From positions 7,906-71,905 of the IMG/VR virus record IMGVR_UViG_3300047550_004845: DNA of 64,000 nt; one strand, 5' to 3'. A program made the position numbers and the translations under genes. The notes under the pieces were generated by a model that saw only the letters and a list, made by a program, of their open reading frames with translations, did no database searches and was not told where the DNA came from. Source of the DNA: a virus. This document shows, in pieces, positions 16,482 to 27,045 of this stretch; position 1 is the first letter of the stretch; every line of letters starts with the position of its first letter.

Positions 16482-16820
16482 ATGAAAGGATTGATCCTTG
16501 CCACGCTTGCTTCCGTCATCGCAATCCCGGTATCCGCTTACCAGATGCAGTACCGGAGTACTAAGTGCAATGTCTACTACAATAACTGGGGGAAGGTATA
16601 TACTGGAGTGCCATGTAAGGCATGGTTTGATAATACTTCAACCCTGAGCAGAGTAAAAGTCTACCTTCCGAATACCAAACAGTGGTATGATTGGGGGACT
16701 GGGTATAGTAATGTGACCAAAGACGGACGGTGGGCGGAGTGCATTCGACACACTGGCAAGGAGGGTAATCAATATCAGGTCTGCACTCAACAGTCACCGA
16801 CCGAACTGAAAATCAAGTGA
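16482..16820 (+). CDS. Secreted Cys/Trp-rich hypothetical protein
   Basis: TATAAT and GAGGAGG upstream; signal peptide MKGLILATLASVIAIPVSA. Confidence 0.7.
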   Translation: MKGLILATLASVIAIPVSAYQMQYRSTKCNVYYNNWGKVYTGVPCKAWFDNTSTLSRVKVYLPNTKQWYDWGTGYSNVTKDGRWAECIRHTGKEGNQYQVCTQQSPTELKIK

Positions 16821-17593
16821 TGAAACTCTTTAATTTCGCAACGTACGAAGATTACGGAGCGGAATATTTTCTTCAGGTTCTTCTATTCTATCCAAAATTT
16901 GCTTTGCTCGATATCTTGGTTCAATGGGACGAGTATCCCGCCTCCGAGATATTCCCAATGATTCTTCTGAGTATCGGCAGCAGGAGCCTATGCGGATTCT
17001 CAATCAGATGGAGATGGTTTCAAGTCAAAGTTGACTTAATTGATACGTGCCCAAGAAACCTCAAATACTACCAAAACAAGTTGAGTTGTAATGACTAAAA
17101 ACAAAGCACAACAGGTAATGAATGCTTTTTATGCTTCTTGTCTAGGCAAAGAACCTACATTTCAGGATGATAAGATTGCTGTTGCTGAGGCACTAGAAGA
17201 AGCAGTAAATCTATTATCCATTGACCCAGACCCAGATAAGGAATTCAGTATTGATAAACACAACTTTATCAAAGGACAGAATTGGGTAAAGGAAAAACTA
17301 CTAAAAATAGCAGAGGAACTTAAAAGTGTTTGAACCATCAAATCATTTTGAATTTAGTACGGTTGTTAGACCATCATCAGAAGACCACGTAAAATTACTC
17401 AAATTCCTTAATCTTTATTATCTGGGAGATGAAGATGCTAATCAACTTTTAGACGGTGTGATGGTTCCAAAGCATTTGGAAAAAGAAACAGAAGAATTTA
17501 AGAATGCTGTGAGAAATGTAAATACAGGATTTCCTGTAACTCTTTCTATTACAGTAGATGTAAATGGTAATTTTAAATGTGAAGTTATTGAGG

Positions 17594-17638
17594 AACTGTC
17601 CCTAAGCACTCCCAGAGCACCCTTTGAGGTGCTATGAT
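17594..17638 (+). promoter_or_regulatory. Promoter with upstream AACTG(T/G)CCC box
   Basis: AACTGTCCC 39 nt before TGcTATGAT; same layout at 23070/23110. Confidence 0.5.
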
Positions 17639-17802
17639 AGTCTCATACACACAAGGAACTTAAAGATGTCTTTTTGGGATGATGTTAGATTTGCTATTCT
17701 TTTTACAGTTCTTGCTTTCTGTGCTCCCGCTGCTCTTTGGGGAGGAATATTAACAGCAGACCACATTTTCTGTAAAACCATAAAAATTTGTGAAATAAGT
17801 AA

Positions 17803-18208
17803 ATGACTAACCATCCCTCATACTGCTGTCCAAACTGCGGAGAACAAAAATGATTAACCTTTCTTTTATACTATCAAATCCATTCTCTACGACATTTTCC
17901 TCAGTTTATGAGAAATCTGGAAAAACTTGGATTCCTCATAAGTTTTGGGAGTTCAATGTATATAAAACTAGTCATCTTATTGATTTTACGATTAGTTATA
18001 CTATGAGACAAGACCACGCAGGTTTTGAAACTTTTATTGGACTTTTAGGTTGGAGTGTTGAGTTTAGGTTTTATGATAGTCGGCACTGGGATTATGAAAA
18101 CACATGTTGGGAGGATGACTAACCATCCATCATACTGCTGTCCTAAATGGTTGGTTAGGACGATTTTTCAATTTCTTTATTCCAAATTATCATAGGTGTG
18201 CGAAATGA
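17803..18208 (+). pseudogene. Two broken copies of an MTNHPSYCCP gene flanking ORF 17850..18122
   Basis: ATGACTAACCATCCnTCATACTGCTGTCCnAA at 17803 and 18115; the first copy is truncated and the second frameshifted. Confidence 0.6.
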
Positions 18209-19294
18209 TTAAAATTGACAGTTATGGTGGTAAGATTGGAAACATTTGTTGGCAGAATACCTGGAACGAGTTATGGGGATATGCTGGTTTTTGGGACAAA
18301 AATCCAGGAGAAAAAGGTCGTTTTACTCTTTGGGGAATTAGACCTAAACACTATGGTACTCTTGTGTGAGAATGATGAGAAAATACCAAAAACCAAACCA
18401 AAAACCAATCTATCATTATGTTGAGAATTGACTTATGACTAACGAACAACTGACTCGTATTATTGAAGCACTTAAAGTTCTTTCAGAAGAAACTGATACA
18501 GAAGCATCTACTATTGTAGAGCAACTTATTGGTTTTTGTTGGGATGAAGAAGACGGTTACAAAATTGAAAGGAATTTTGTTTGTGATGAAAACTAATAGA
18601 AATCTAAAAAAAGAACTCAACTATTACACTTATAATGACCCAGAGTATGGTGAGGATATTGAACATATTGATTATGATTCTCTGTTTGGACTTCTCACAG
18701 AAATCATAGACAGACTTGAAAATATTGAGAACAACTTAGATGAACTTAAAGCAGGTCCTGAATGGGGTGATTTATGACTGAATTTGTAGTAGTAATTACA
18801 TTCACGGCGGTCTTTATGGGTGGTTACTATTTGGGAAATGATACGAATGAAGTAAAGCAAGAAGTAAGAAACCAAGTAGTTGTTTATTGTATTGAGAAAC
18901 CCAAACTCTGTAAGGAAGAGTATGATAACATCAAGACCCAAAACAAACTCAACAATTACAAAAGACCTGAAATTGGAGACCTGAAATGAAACTTGGTGAA
19001 GGAGAAGTACTTGCTATTATTTTGGGAATTGCTGCTATTGTAGTAATTTCCGTAGTAGGACTTGACTACTGGAGCATCAATCAGACTAAGGTAATGTTTA
19101 ATAAAGCATACTTAAAGCATATGGAATGTAGAATTGCTTCACAAAATAGTGGTTTTACAAATTCTATTGAAAGGATTTGTGGTGAGATTCCAAGATTTAA
19201 GGACTTTAAGTAACGAACTATTACATCCCTGTCTTTCGATCTTTCTATAGTCTATAATACTCCTATCCACTACCCACGGACTCCATTTTTGCCA

Positions 19295-19843
19295 ATGACC
19301 CTTCCAGACTTCGTCCCCTTCCCTAAGATCCCCCGCCTTTACAAGGAGTGTGTGGTCACCGAGAAAATCGACGGTACCAACGGACTCATCTACATCACAG
19401 ATGACGGCGACATGTTTGTCGGGAGCCGGAATAGATGGCTTGGGGAGAGTTCCGACAACTTCGGATTTTACCGCTGGGCGACGGAGAACAGACCCGAATT
19501 GATGAAACTCGGTCCAGGAAGGCACCACGGAGAGTGGTGGGGCAGTGGTATCCAACGTGGGTACAATCTGACTAAGGGAGAGAGACGTTTCTCTCTGTTT
19601 AATGCGAGCGTCTGGACCGAGGAGAATACCCCGTCTTGCTGTTACGTAGTTCCTACCCTCTACTCCGGGGAGTTTGATACCGCCGTGATCAACCACCTGA
19701 TGTACGAACTTCAAGGGAGGGGTTCTTTTGCCTCTCCGGGGTTTATGAATCCCGAGGGGATAATGATCTTCCACTCCGCAGCAAATCACTACTTCAAGGC
19801 GCCGTTTGACAAGACTCCGAAGGGTACGGAGGGCGCGGAATGA
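19295..19843 (+). CDS. ATP-dependent RNA ligase (Rnl2-like adenylation domain only)
   Basis: Motif I EKIDGTN, GSRNR, GEWWG.GIQ, FSLFN, PEGIMI, FK; TATAAT upstream. Confidence 0.88.
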   Translation: MTLPDFVPFPKIPRLYKECVVTEKIDGTNGLIYITDDGDMFVGSRNRWLGESSDNFGFYRWATENRPELMKLGPGRHHGEWWGSGIQRGYNLTKGERRFSLFNASVWTEENTPSCCYVVPTLYSGEFDTAVINHLMYELQGRGSFASPGFMNPEGIMIFHSAANHYFKAPFDKTPKGTEGAE

Positions 19844-20441
19844 TTGGATCTGACACTTACACAACATACGTCTTCAAGAATCTTACCAAGGAGCAGAGAA
19901 AAGATCTCACCTACCACGAGAACTTCAGTGCTGCGAGTGATTCTCATGCAATAGACGAGAGAAATGCTCTGCTTAGTTGCTTAGCGTATGCCGAGGATGC
20001 CCTCGCGGACATCGGGGATGCTGAGAGGGAACCGGGTGATGATCTTGAGTGGTGTGAGTATCGAGCTGCTCAGGCACTCCCCGGGGTGAGAGCTTTACTT
20101 AAAGCACATGGTTACACTATTTGGGGAGGACTTCAATGACTGACGAAGAACTGTTTTCACGAATTATCACTACCTTTGGTGGCGTTGCGATTGTTGTTGT
20201 TATCGCAATCACTTTCACAACGACCTCCAAAGATTTCTATCGAACAAGTACGCTTCAGAAACTCTACAAGGTGAACTTGGAATGTCGTCAAACTGCAAGT
20301 GCAGCAGGACGTAACGCTGACAATGTTTGTGGACCCATCCTGAGGAACTTTCAATGAGCGGCGTTGCCCAGTGTATCATGGAGACCGAGGGTACGGTTTC
20401 CCCTACTTTCGTCGAGGGCCAGGACGCGCTATGATTAAGGT

Positions 20442-20913
20442 ATGGAAAACGAAACGATCCTGACTGAACTTTCCCCAGCCGCCCAGGCGGTGTTGGATGC
20501 GATCTATGAGATCAAAGACCCTATGGGTGAAGATGGTGCCGTGCTCGCCGCCGCCCTGCGTACTGCTGTGGATCAGGTGGTGCCGGAGCCGAGCGATGCA
20601 GCTAAAGCACTGTTCTCGCTTCCCACAGAGCATATTCTTTACGTAATTCGTGATGATTTCCATGCCATCGCCACCGAACTCGAAAACCATGTCTGAACTT
20701 TCCCCCGCTGCGCAGGTGGTGCTTGATGCAGCATATCGAGAAATTGATTATGTCCCACAGGGGCATGTTCGCTGGGCCGTAGCCAGCGCCCTGCGTGCTT
20801 TGGCGGCGAACAATGCCTATGAATTCACTGACTGGGACGAAGGCTGGTGCAACATAGTGATTGACGTTAATGACATTTACGCCATTGCCACCGAACTTGA
20901 GAATGCACAATGA
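20442..20913 (+). repeat. Tandem paralogous small genes (20442..20696 and 20689..20913)
   Basis: Both read ELSPAAQ.VLDA.Y...A.ALR...AIATELEN with near-identical DNA at both ends. Confidence 0.8.
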
Positions 20914-21542
20914 CCACTGATTTTCGCGCCTTGTGCGCTGAGCTTCATGCAGCTTTTACTACCTACGCGGTAGATGAGTGCCATCATAATCTGCTAGAAC
21001 GCGCCCGCGCCGCCCTAGCCGAACCCGAGCCTGAGGGGCCGACGGATGAGGACCTTTGGAATACCGCTGATCTAATTTTTCAAGCTAACTGTTGGCCAAC
21101 GGATGCCATTAGATACGCCCGCGCCGTGCTTGCCCGCTGGGGTAACCATCAAGAAATCCTTGACAGTTCAACGCCGCAGCCAATCCCCGTAAGCGAGCGG
21201 TTGCCGGGGCCGGAAGGACCAACGGATGATGAGTTGGACAACATGGCAAATGAAGCCGGACTTGACCTCGCTTGGCGTCCTGAGCTGCGCCGCTTTGCCC
21301 GCTTTATCCTCGCTAGCGGCGCCGCCGCGATTCTTCAACCGATCCCTGTATCCAAGGAGTTGCCGTGGGAGTTGGATTGCGATGCGGAGGGGAGGTGCTG
21401 GTGGGGGCGGAGCGAGTCAAACGACCGGTTCGCTGACTGGACATTGGCGACCCACGAAGCGGTTGCTGAGTTCTGCGAGTTTTCCCCACAAACCGTGTGG
21501 CTCCCAGCCCACGCCCTACCACTTCCCACCGCCAATGACTAA
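20910..21542 (+). CDS. Hypothetical protein with internal duplication
   Basis: EGPTD..L...R.AR..LA...QPIPVS..LP occurs twice. Confidence 0.75.
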   Translation: MTTDFRALCAELHAAFTTYAVDECHHNLLERARAALAEPEPEGPTDEDLWNTADLIFQANCWPTDAIRYARAVLARWGNHQEILDSSTPQPIPVSERLPGPEGPTDDELDNMANEAGLDLAWRPELRRFARFILASGAAAILQPIPVSKELPWELDCDAEGRCWWGRSESNDRFADWTLATHEAVAEFCEFSPQTVWLPAHALPLPTAND

Positions 21543-22080
21543 ACAACCACCACGGATCCAAGTTCAAGAAACTCAGAGGTATTTGGGAGATTTAGAAGGT
21601 CCCCTTGATGGTCTCATTCGTGAACTTCAAAGTTTATCGGATGAAGGTTGGGAAGGTATTGTAATGGAATATGACCAATGGAGCCAAGACCACCCCGATC
21701 CTTATCTTTACAGGCACCGTCCAGAAACCGACAAGGAGTATGAGAAACGAATGAAGGAGTTAGGGAAGAAAAAAGCAGAAGAGATTAAGGCCAAGGAACG
21801 AAGACGGAAGGAGTATGAGAAACTGAAGAAAGAGTTTGAGGGGGAACAATGACATACCTCCTCCCTGACCTTCAAGAAGACGTTGAGCGCCTCGCTGACC
21901 GTCTCAAGAACGGGTGCCGCAACCACGGGTGCGTGATCAAGAGCCCCAAGGGTGTGGCCACCAACGGCGGATGCAAATGCACCCCGAGGCAGGTCCAGAA
22001 CGATTTACTCGACCTGGCCGCTGCTATACTTAGAATGAACAACCACGGAGCCCAATGGGCCAAACCACCAAATGAGAGCA

Positions 22081-22490
22081 ATGACTGAGAACCATCCGAT
22101 TACGCCGCCGCCGGAGCTGGTGCAGCAGTGGCAAGACGAGGCGTTGAAAGGCTATAGGACCCATGATATTTACAAACAAGACATCGCCACCCAAGCCGCC
22201 CGCTGGGGGCTGACCAGGAGCTGGATGCTTGCTGTGAGTGGCTACAAGATCCTGATCTAAATGTGGACACTTACAAGCTCCGTGCCGTTCGCCGCCCTAA
22301 GCCACCGAGCTTGGCGGAGCAAGGGCTAGCAGCACTTGGCCGTCTTGGTAGCGGATCACTATGCGCCGATCCCGTCACTGAGAAGCACACTATCCGCACC
22401 GCTCTTGAACGGCTCAAGGAGCTAGAGAAAAGCATTGAGCGACGCCTTGAAGGTCTTGAAGGTATTCCTGCCTGGTGGGACCCGCAATGA
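22081..22490 (+). pseudogene. Single gene split by a frameshift in a G5 tract (22205-22209)
   Basis: Adding one G joins HPITPPPELVQQW...ATQAARWG to ADQELDACCEWL...LRAVRRPKPPSLAEQ. Confidence 0.75.
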
Positions 22491-23056
22491 TTGATTTCCT
22501 TGACCCGGAAACTCTGTTCATTATCGAAGAGGTGGCGAAGTTCTCAAGAACCACCGACACTTCTCATGTACCACCTGACATAATGGACCTGGCGTATGAC
22601 CGAATGTTTAACTGGGAGGCCCGCAATGATTGAAGTCCAAAAGCAGTATAAACTCACACTCACAGAAACACAGGCGAAAGAACTCTATGAGTTTTTGCGA
22701 GGCGCAAAGGATGTGGGTCATTTGCGCAATGACAGGGATCTGGTGTTGGTGTATCACGAACTGAAGAAACTTTTCGCCTGCGGCGAATACACGATATGAT
22801 TAACCTCCCCCAACGAAATACTGAGGCACTGAAATGAACAAACCTTATTTGCTGATTGCTGGGGACAATTATTACCCTTCTGCTGATACTGGTGATTGGG
22901 TTGGGTGTTTCTCTACCTATGAAGAAGCAAAGGCACAAGTAGAACCCAAAAAAACCAAAGGATACACCGTAAATGGATGGGAATGGGGTTGTGATTGGTA
23001 TGAAATTGTAGACCTTCGTGAATGGACTGAGTAATGAGTTTGAGTAAGAAAGTCTT

Positions 23057-23115
23057 GTGCCACTTGGCGAACTGGCCCAAGGCCTAGTTCCCAAGGGCCC
23101 CAAACTTGGTATTAT
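23057..23115 (+). promoter_or_regulatory. Promoter with imperfect palindrome GTGCCACTT-GGCG-AACTGGCCC
   Basis: Palindrome 23057-23078, then TGgTATTAT with the hexamer at 23110-23115. Confidence 0.55.
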
Positions 23116-25278
23116 GGATCTATGAATGAAACGAATGACGATGAAAGTTAAAGACCTGATTGAAAAACTGAAACAGTTTCCTGAAGATATGGAGATTGTG
23201 GGTCAGTGGAGAGATGTTGAATATGGTTTGGATATAAGTCAAGATATTGACGTGTATAAATCAACCGTGAAGAAAACACCCGGATGGGATTACTACACTT
23301 TGGGTCCCCTTACTCAGTATGGAAAAGAACTTCCCTCAACTGATGTGGAAGTTTTGATCATTGATGTTTATTGATGTTTAAGTTCCGCAAAAACACCATT
23401 ACTATGTCCATTGTATTCAACACTTTATTGATGCTCTGGAGCAACTCAAATGACTATTGAAATCACTCAACAACTTCGTATTCAAGAAAATTCAGGTTAT
23501 TGGTATACAGTAGAGGATATCCACCAAGATCGTGGGGGTGATGGATGTACAATTTCCTATATGGTAGAGGATAGTGAGAGAGGTGATAAGCAGGAACAGT
23601 ATATTTGTATGGGAAAAGAAGAAGCACTTGCTGTTGCTTATGCTATAAACAAAATGTTTGGGAAACTGAAATGAACTCCATCAAAGATAATTATCTCAAT
23701 TCTCTAAAGAGTTGGGTCAAATACACTCCTTGGGAGTGGGTGGATAACTATCGCGACGAACAGGGTCGTTGCTGGTTTGAAATTATGGGGGAGTGGAAAC
23801 TCATTAGACCAGAAACTGCCTATAATACTGTCACCTGTCTCCCTTATCACATTAACCCGAACTGAAATGAAACTATTTCAACATAATAAGAAAAAGTGGT
23901 TTAATGATGAAATGGTGAATAATATTTGGCAGTTTGGTATCATTAAGAATAAAACACTTCTCTGGGTCTATTGTGAAACCCCTGGTCTTACTATTCATTG
24001 TGCTGGTGGTATTAACATCTTACTTTCTTTCTTTGGTTCTTCTCTTTTTGCTGTAGACATTCAACAACAAAAATTTAATTTAGCATTTCATTTCTTCACT
24101 GATTACTTTACTGGATGGGACAACTGATGACTAAACAACCTAAACTCTGTAAAGACTGTATCTACTATAAAAAAAGTTGGTTGGGGCATCTTTTTGGGAG
24201 TAATTCACTTGATAGATGCTACAGTCCAAAAGTAACTGGTGATGTAGTAACAGGAGATAAGAATCCTATCTCTTGTAAGGAAGCAAGAGACTATGGGCAA
24301 TATTGTGGTAGAGGCGGCGAGTATTTTGAACAACTTTTGGGAGATAGGAAATGACTGACGAACAAAAACTCAATTTCCTTCTCAAAATTCTCAAAGATTA
24401 CGCAGAGATGGAACACTGCTATAATAAGTATGGGGATGATTACAATCCAAATTCTTACACTCATGGTGAATGTGCCTTTGATGATGGGTCTGAATATGGT
24501 GAGATTACCTTTGCCCGCACACTTTTAGAGCAGATGGGTGTGGAGTTTAAAAACCCTACTATGAAAGAGGACAACTGGGACCTAAAGGATGATTCTATGG
24601 ATGAAATGGTTGCGGAACTCAAAGGACAAACTCTTTATGGTGTGATTTGCGATTGGTGGGATGAAATTTTCACTAATGATAATCCTTCTGGACAGAATAT
24701 TGGGAGTTTGGTGGATACAATTGAAAAATGGTTGCCGAAAGAACAATCAGCAAACTCTCAGAATGCTTATGTGGAATGTACAGTAGAAGGATTCAATGAT
24801 TGTCTTAACAAAATTAGGGGGAAACTACGATAATGCCATTCTTTCCTGATTGCTATGATGAATGGGGTCTCTACAAAATTACATATGATGGAGACCACAA
24901 ATTATACGAACTTCTATTTGAGGGCACAGAGAAAGAGTGCCGTTTGTATGCTTATGAGAACTACACAGACAAGGAGCAAGGTGAAATGTGTCTGATGGAC
25001 TGGGAAGCAAGGGAGTGGGATGTATGATGATAAATTACATTCTTGGAATTATCATAGGAGCATTATTTGCTCTTACTTTCAATATGTTGTACTCCATAGT
25101 ACTTCAACCATCACAACCAGTACCTCAAAAATCAAACTTTGAAGTTGTGGATACGTACAAAAAGTGTGACGTTGTCCGGTGGGATAATGGGGACTTTTCA
25201 ACTTATAAGTACTTTCTGGATTGCGGAGGTAATCGTTGAAAGTCTTCAGGCCAACCCAGTCAAGAAAACGAGGTGATT

Positions 25279-25695
25279 ATGGGTATGTTTGATTACGTCA
25301 GAAGTTCTTATGACCTAGGTCAAAACTTCACAGACATCGAATGCCAGTCCAAGGACATAGAGAAGTGCATCGGGGGTACAATGTCCCAGTACTGGATAGA
25401 TCCGGCTGGGAGGCTGTGGTTGGTGGATTACAGGGACGCCTTCGACTACAAGGAGGATCCGGACTGGGTGGATGATGGTAATGCCTTCAACGAACTATTC
25501 AGGTTCAGACTCATGCCTAATGGCAACCACGGGAGGTTAGTACCCCAGACCCTTACAGACTACGTCTGTATATATCCGTCTCGATGGGAGGGGGAGTGGA
25601 AGGACTGGCCAACCTGCCGAATACACTTCGCGCGCGGGGTGGTGCAGACCCACGAGAACATCACAAAAGCTCTTCAGCACCCGAACTATGCCTAA
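25279..25695 (+). CDS. Conserved phage hypothetical protein
   Basis: MGMFDY...CQSKDI...MSQYWIDPAGRLW...F.RG. Confidence 0.75.
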   Translation: MGMFDYVRSSYDLGQNFTDIECQSKDIEKCIGGTMSQYWIDPAGRLWLVDYRDAFDYKEDPDWVDDGNAFNELFRFRLMPNGNHGRLVPQTLTDYVCIYPSRWEGEWKDWPTCRIHFARGVVQTHENITKALQHPNYA

Positions 25696-26057
25696 TCCAA
25701 TCCTCAATGCCATCATCATCTTCTCTTTGGTCTCAGGACTGGTGATATGGGCTCTCAACAACGCTTACGTAACATGACGGACTTTGAAACCATCAATAGG
25801 CACTTCTCAGAAAACTACGGTTTTGACCTCTTCCTAAAGGAGGAGGTTTGCCTCATGGGAGGGCAAAAGAAACCTTCGAGGTGGGTCGGAGCTAATCACC
25901 CTAATGTTACACTTTTGAGACGGAATGGTAAACCCACGACTCTTTACCCCCAGTCTCATGGTATAATTGCTAATGGGGGACGGAGACCCGTCTCTCTCAG
26001 TACACTTATCTCGAATATCAAGGACAAACGCCCTCTCTACCTAAAAGTTTAAGAGAA

Positions 26058-26189
26058 GTTTAAAGTTAAATTCAACTACTTGTTAAGCCACTGGTGGCCT
26101 GGCTATTATGCTTAGTGGGTAGTTGTCGTAACATCTCTAATTCATCTATAAACAATTGCAGATTGCAAAGATGACCCTGGAATGTTATG
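26058..26189 (+). promoter_or_regulatory. GTTTAAAG motif plus structured 5' leader of the lytic transglycosylase gene
   Basis: Motif at 26058-26065; 16-bp hairpin 26073-26088/26110-26125; nested stems GTAACAT/ATGTTAT, TCATCT/AGATGA, TTGCA/TGCAA. Confidence 0.6.
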
Positions 26190-26208
26190 CCCCATTACCT
26201 CGGAGATT

Positions 26209-26562
26209 ATGAAAAAAACGTTAGTCACCCTAGCCATCGCTAGCCTCTCTCTTCTTCCTTTTTCTGCAAAAGCTGGACAACAGTGCGGAAGGGCTAGTTA
26301 CTACGGATTAGGGGACGGATATCAAGGTGGAATTACCGCGTCTGGTCGGAGATTCAATACGTGGTCGAACCAGGCAGCTCACAGGTGGTTACCTTTTGGC
26401 ACAGTTGTTACCGTGACCGCCAATGGCCGAAGCACAACAGCAGTGATAACCGACCGTGGACCCTACGCTCATGGCAGGATCATTGACCTATCAGCGAGAT
26501 CTTTTGGTGATCTAGGGCCTCTTTCCAGAGGAGTGCATAACGTATGTATCTCCTGGAGGTAG
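26209..26562 (+). CDS. RlpA-like (DPBB) lytic transglycosylase with signal peptide
   Basis: GRASYYG, TASGRRF, AAHRWLPFGT.V.V, ITDRGPY..GRIIDLS. Confidence 0.92.
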   Translation: MKKTLVTLAIASLSLLPFSAKAGQQCGRASYYGLGDGYQGGITASGRRFNTWSNQAAHRWLPFGTVVTVTANGRSTTAVITDRGPYAHGRIIDLSARSFGDLGPLSRGVHNVCISWR

Positions 26563-26580
26563 GAGAGCGTAACAACTGAA

Positions 26581-26616
26581 TAAAAAGATAGCCCCAAAGC
26601 AGTTGCTAGGGGCTTT
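26581..26616. terminator. Hairpin between convergent genes (probably bidirectional terminator)
   Basis: AGCCCC...GGGGCT stem with an A tract on the left and Ts on the right. Confidence 0.6.
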
Positions 26617-26635
26617 AAAGTACATATCTACGGTC

Positions 26636-27043
26636 TCAGTCTAGTGTCGAGGTGAGTAGGTAGGAGATAACGTTGCAGTCCGAGAGTATTCCCTCGACGA
26701 TATTCACAATTCCGTAGAGTCTGGACTCCTCGGCCTCCTCGTGAAGTCTATCCAGACCGTTTTTGAAGTCATTGTTCAACTCTAGGATACCCTCGCAGAG
26801 ATCCCTCGCCGTTGCCCAGTCGATCTCTGGCACCGAGTTGAAGATCTTAGCCTTTATCTCTACTCCTATCCCCCTAGCCTGTTCGGCGAGTACGTCAACA
26901 TTCTCCTCCACGATCCCGTAGATCCGCTCAAAAAGTAGGTGGTACTGATAGAAGTCGGGTCCTACCATATTCCAGTGGGCAAGTCGACTCGCTCCCAGAA
27001 GATTATTCTGAAGTTCCAGGGCCTGTAAGAAGATTTCTTCCAT
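26636..27043 (-). CDS. dps: Dps/ferritin-like protein
   Basis: AHWNMVGPDFYQYHLLFERIY...VDVLAEQARGIG. Confidence 0.85.
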   Translation of the reverse strand: MEEIFLQALELQNNLLGASRLAHWNMVGPDFYQYHLLFERIYGIVEENVDVLAEQARGIGVEIKAKIFNSVPEIDWATARDLCEGILELNNDFKNGLDRLHEEAEESRLYGIVNIVEGILSDCNVISYLLTSTLD

Positions 27044-27045
27044 TG

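Larger units (their letters stand above)
14472..26052 (+). other. Array of about 45 short, tightly packed co-oriented genes (variable, probably early region)
   Basis: Chains of ATGA/TAATG-coupled 30-250 aa ORFs, paralog families, several extended -10 boxes and sharp AT/GC shifts. Confidence 0.85.
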
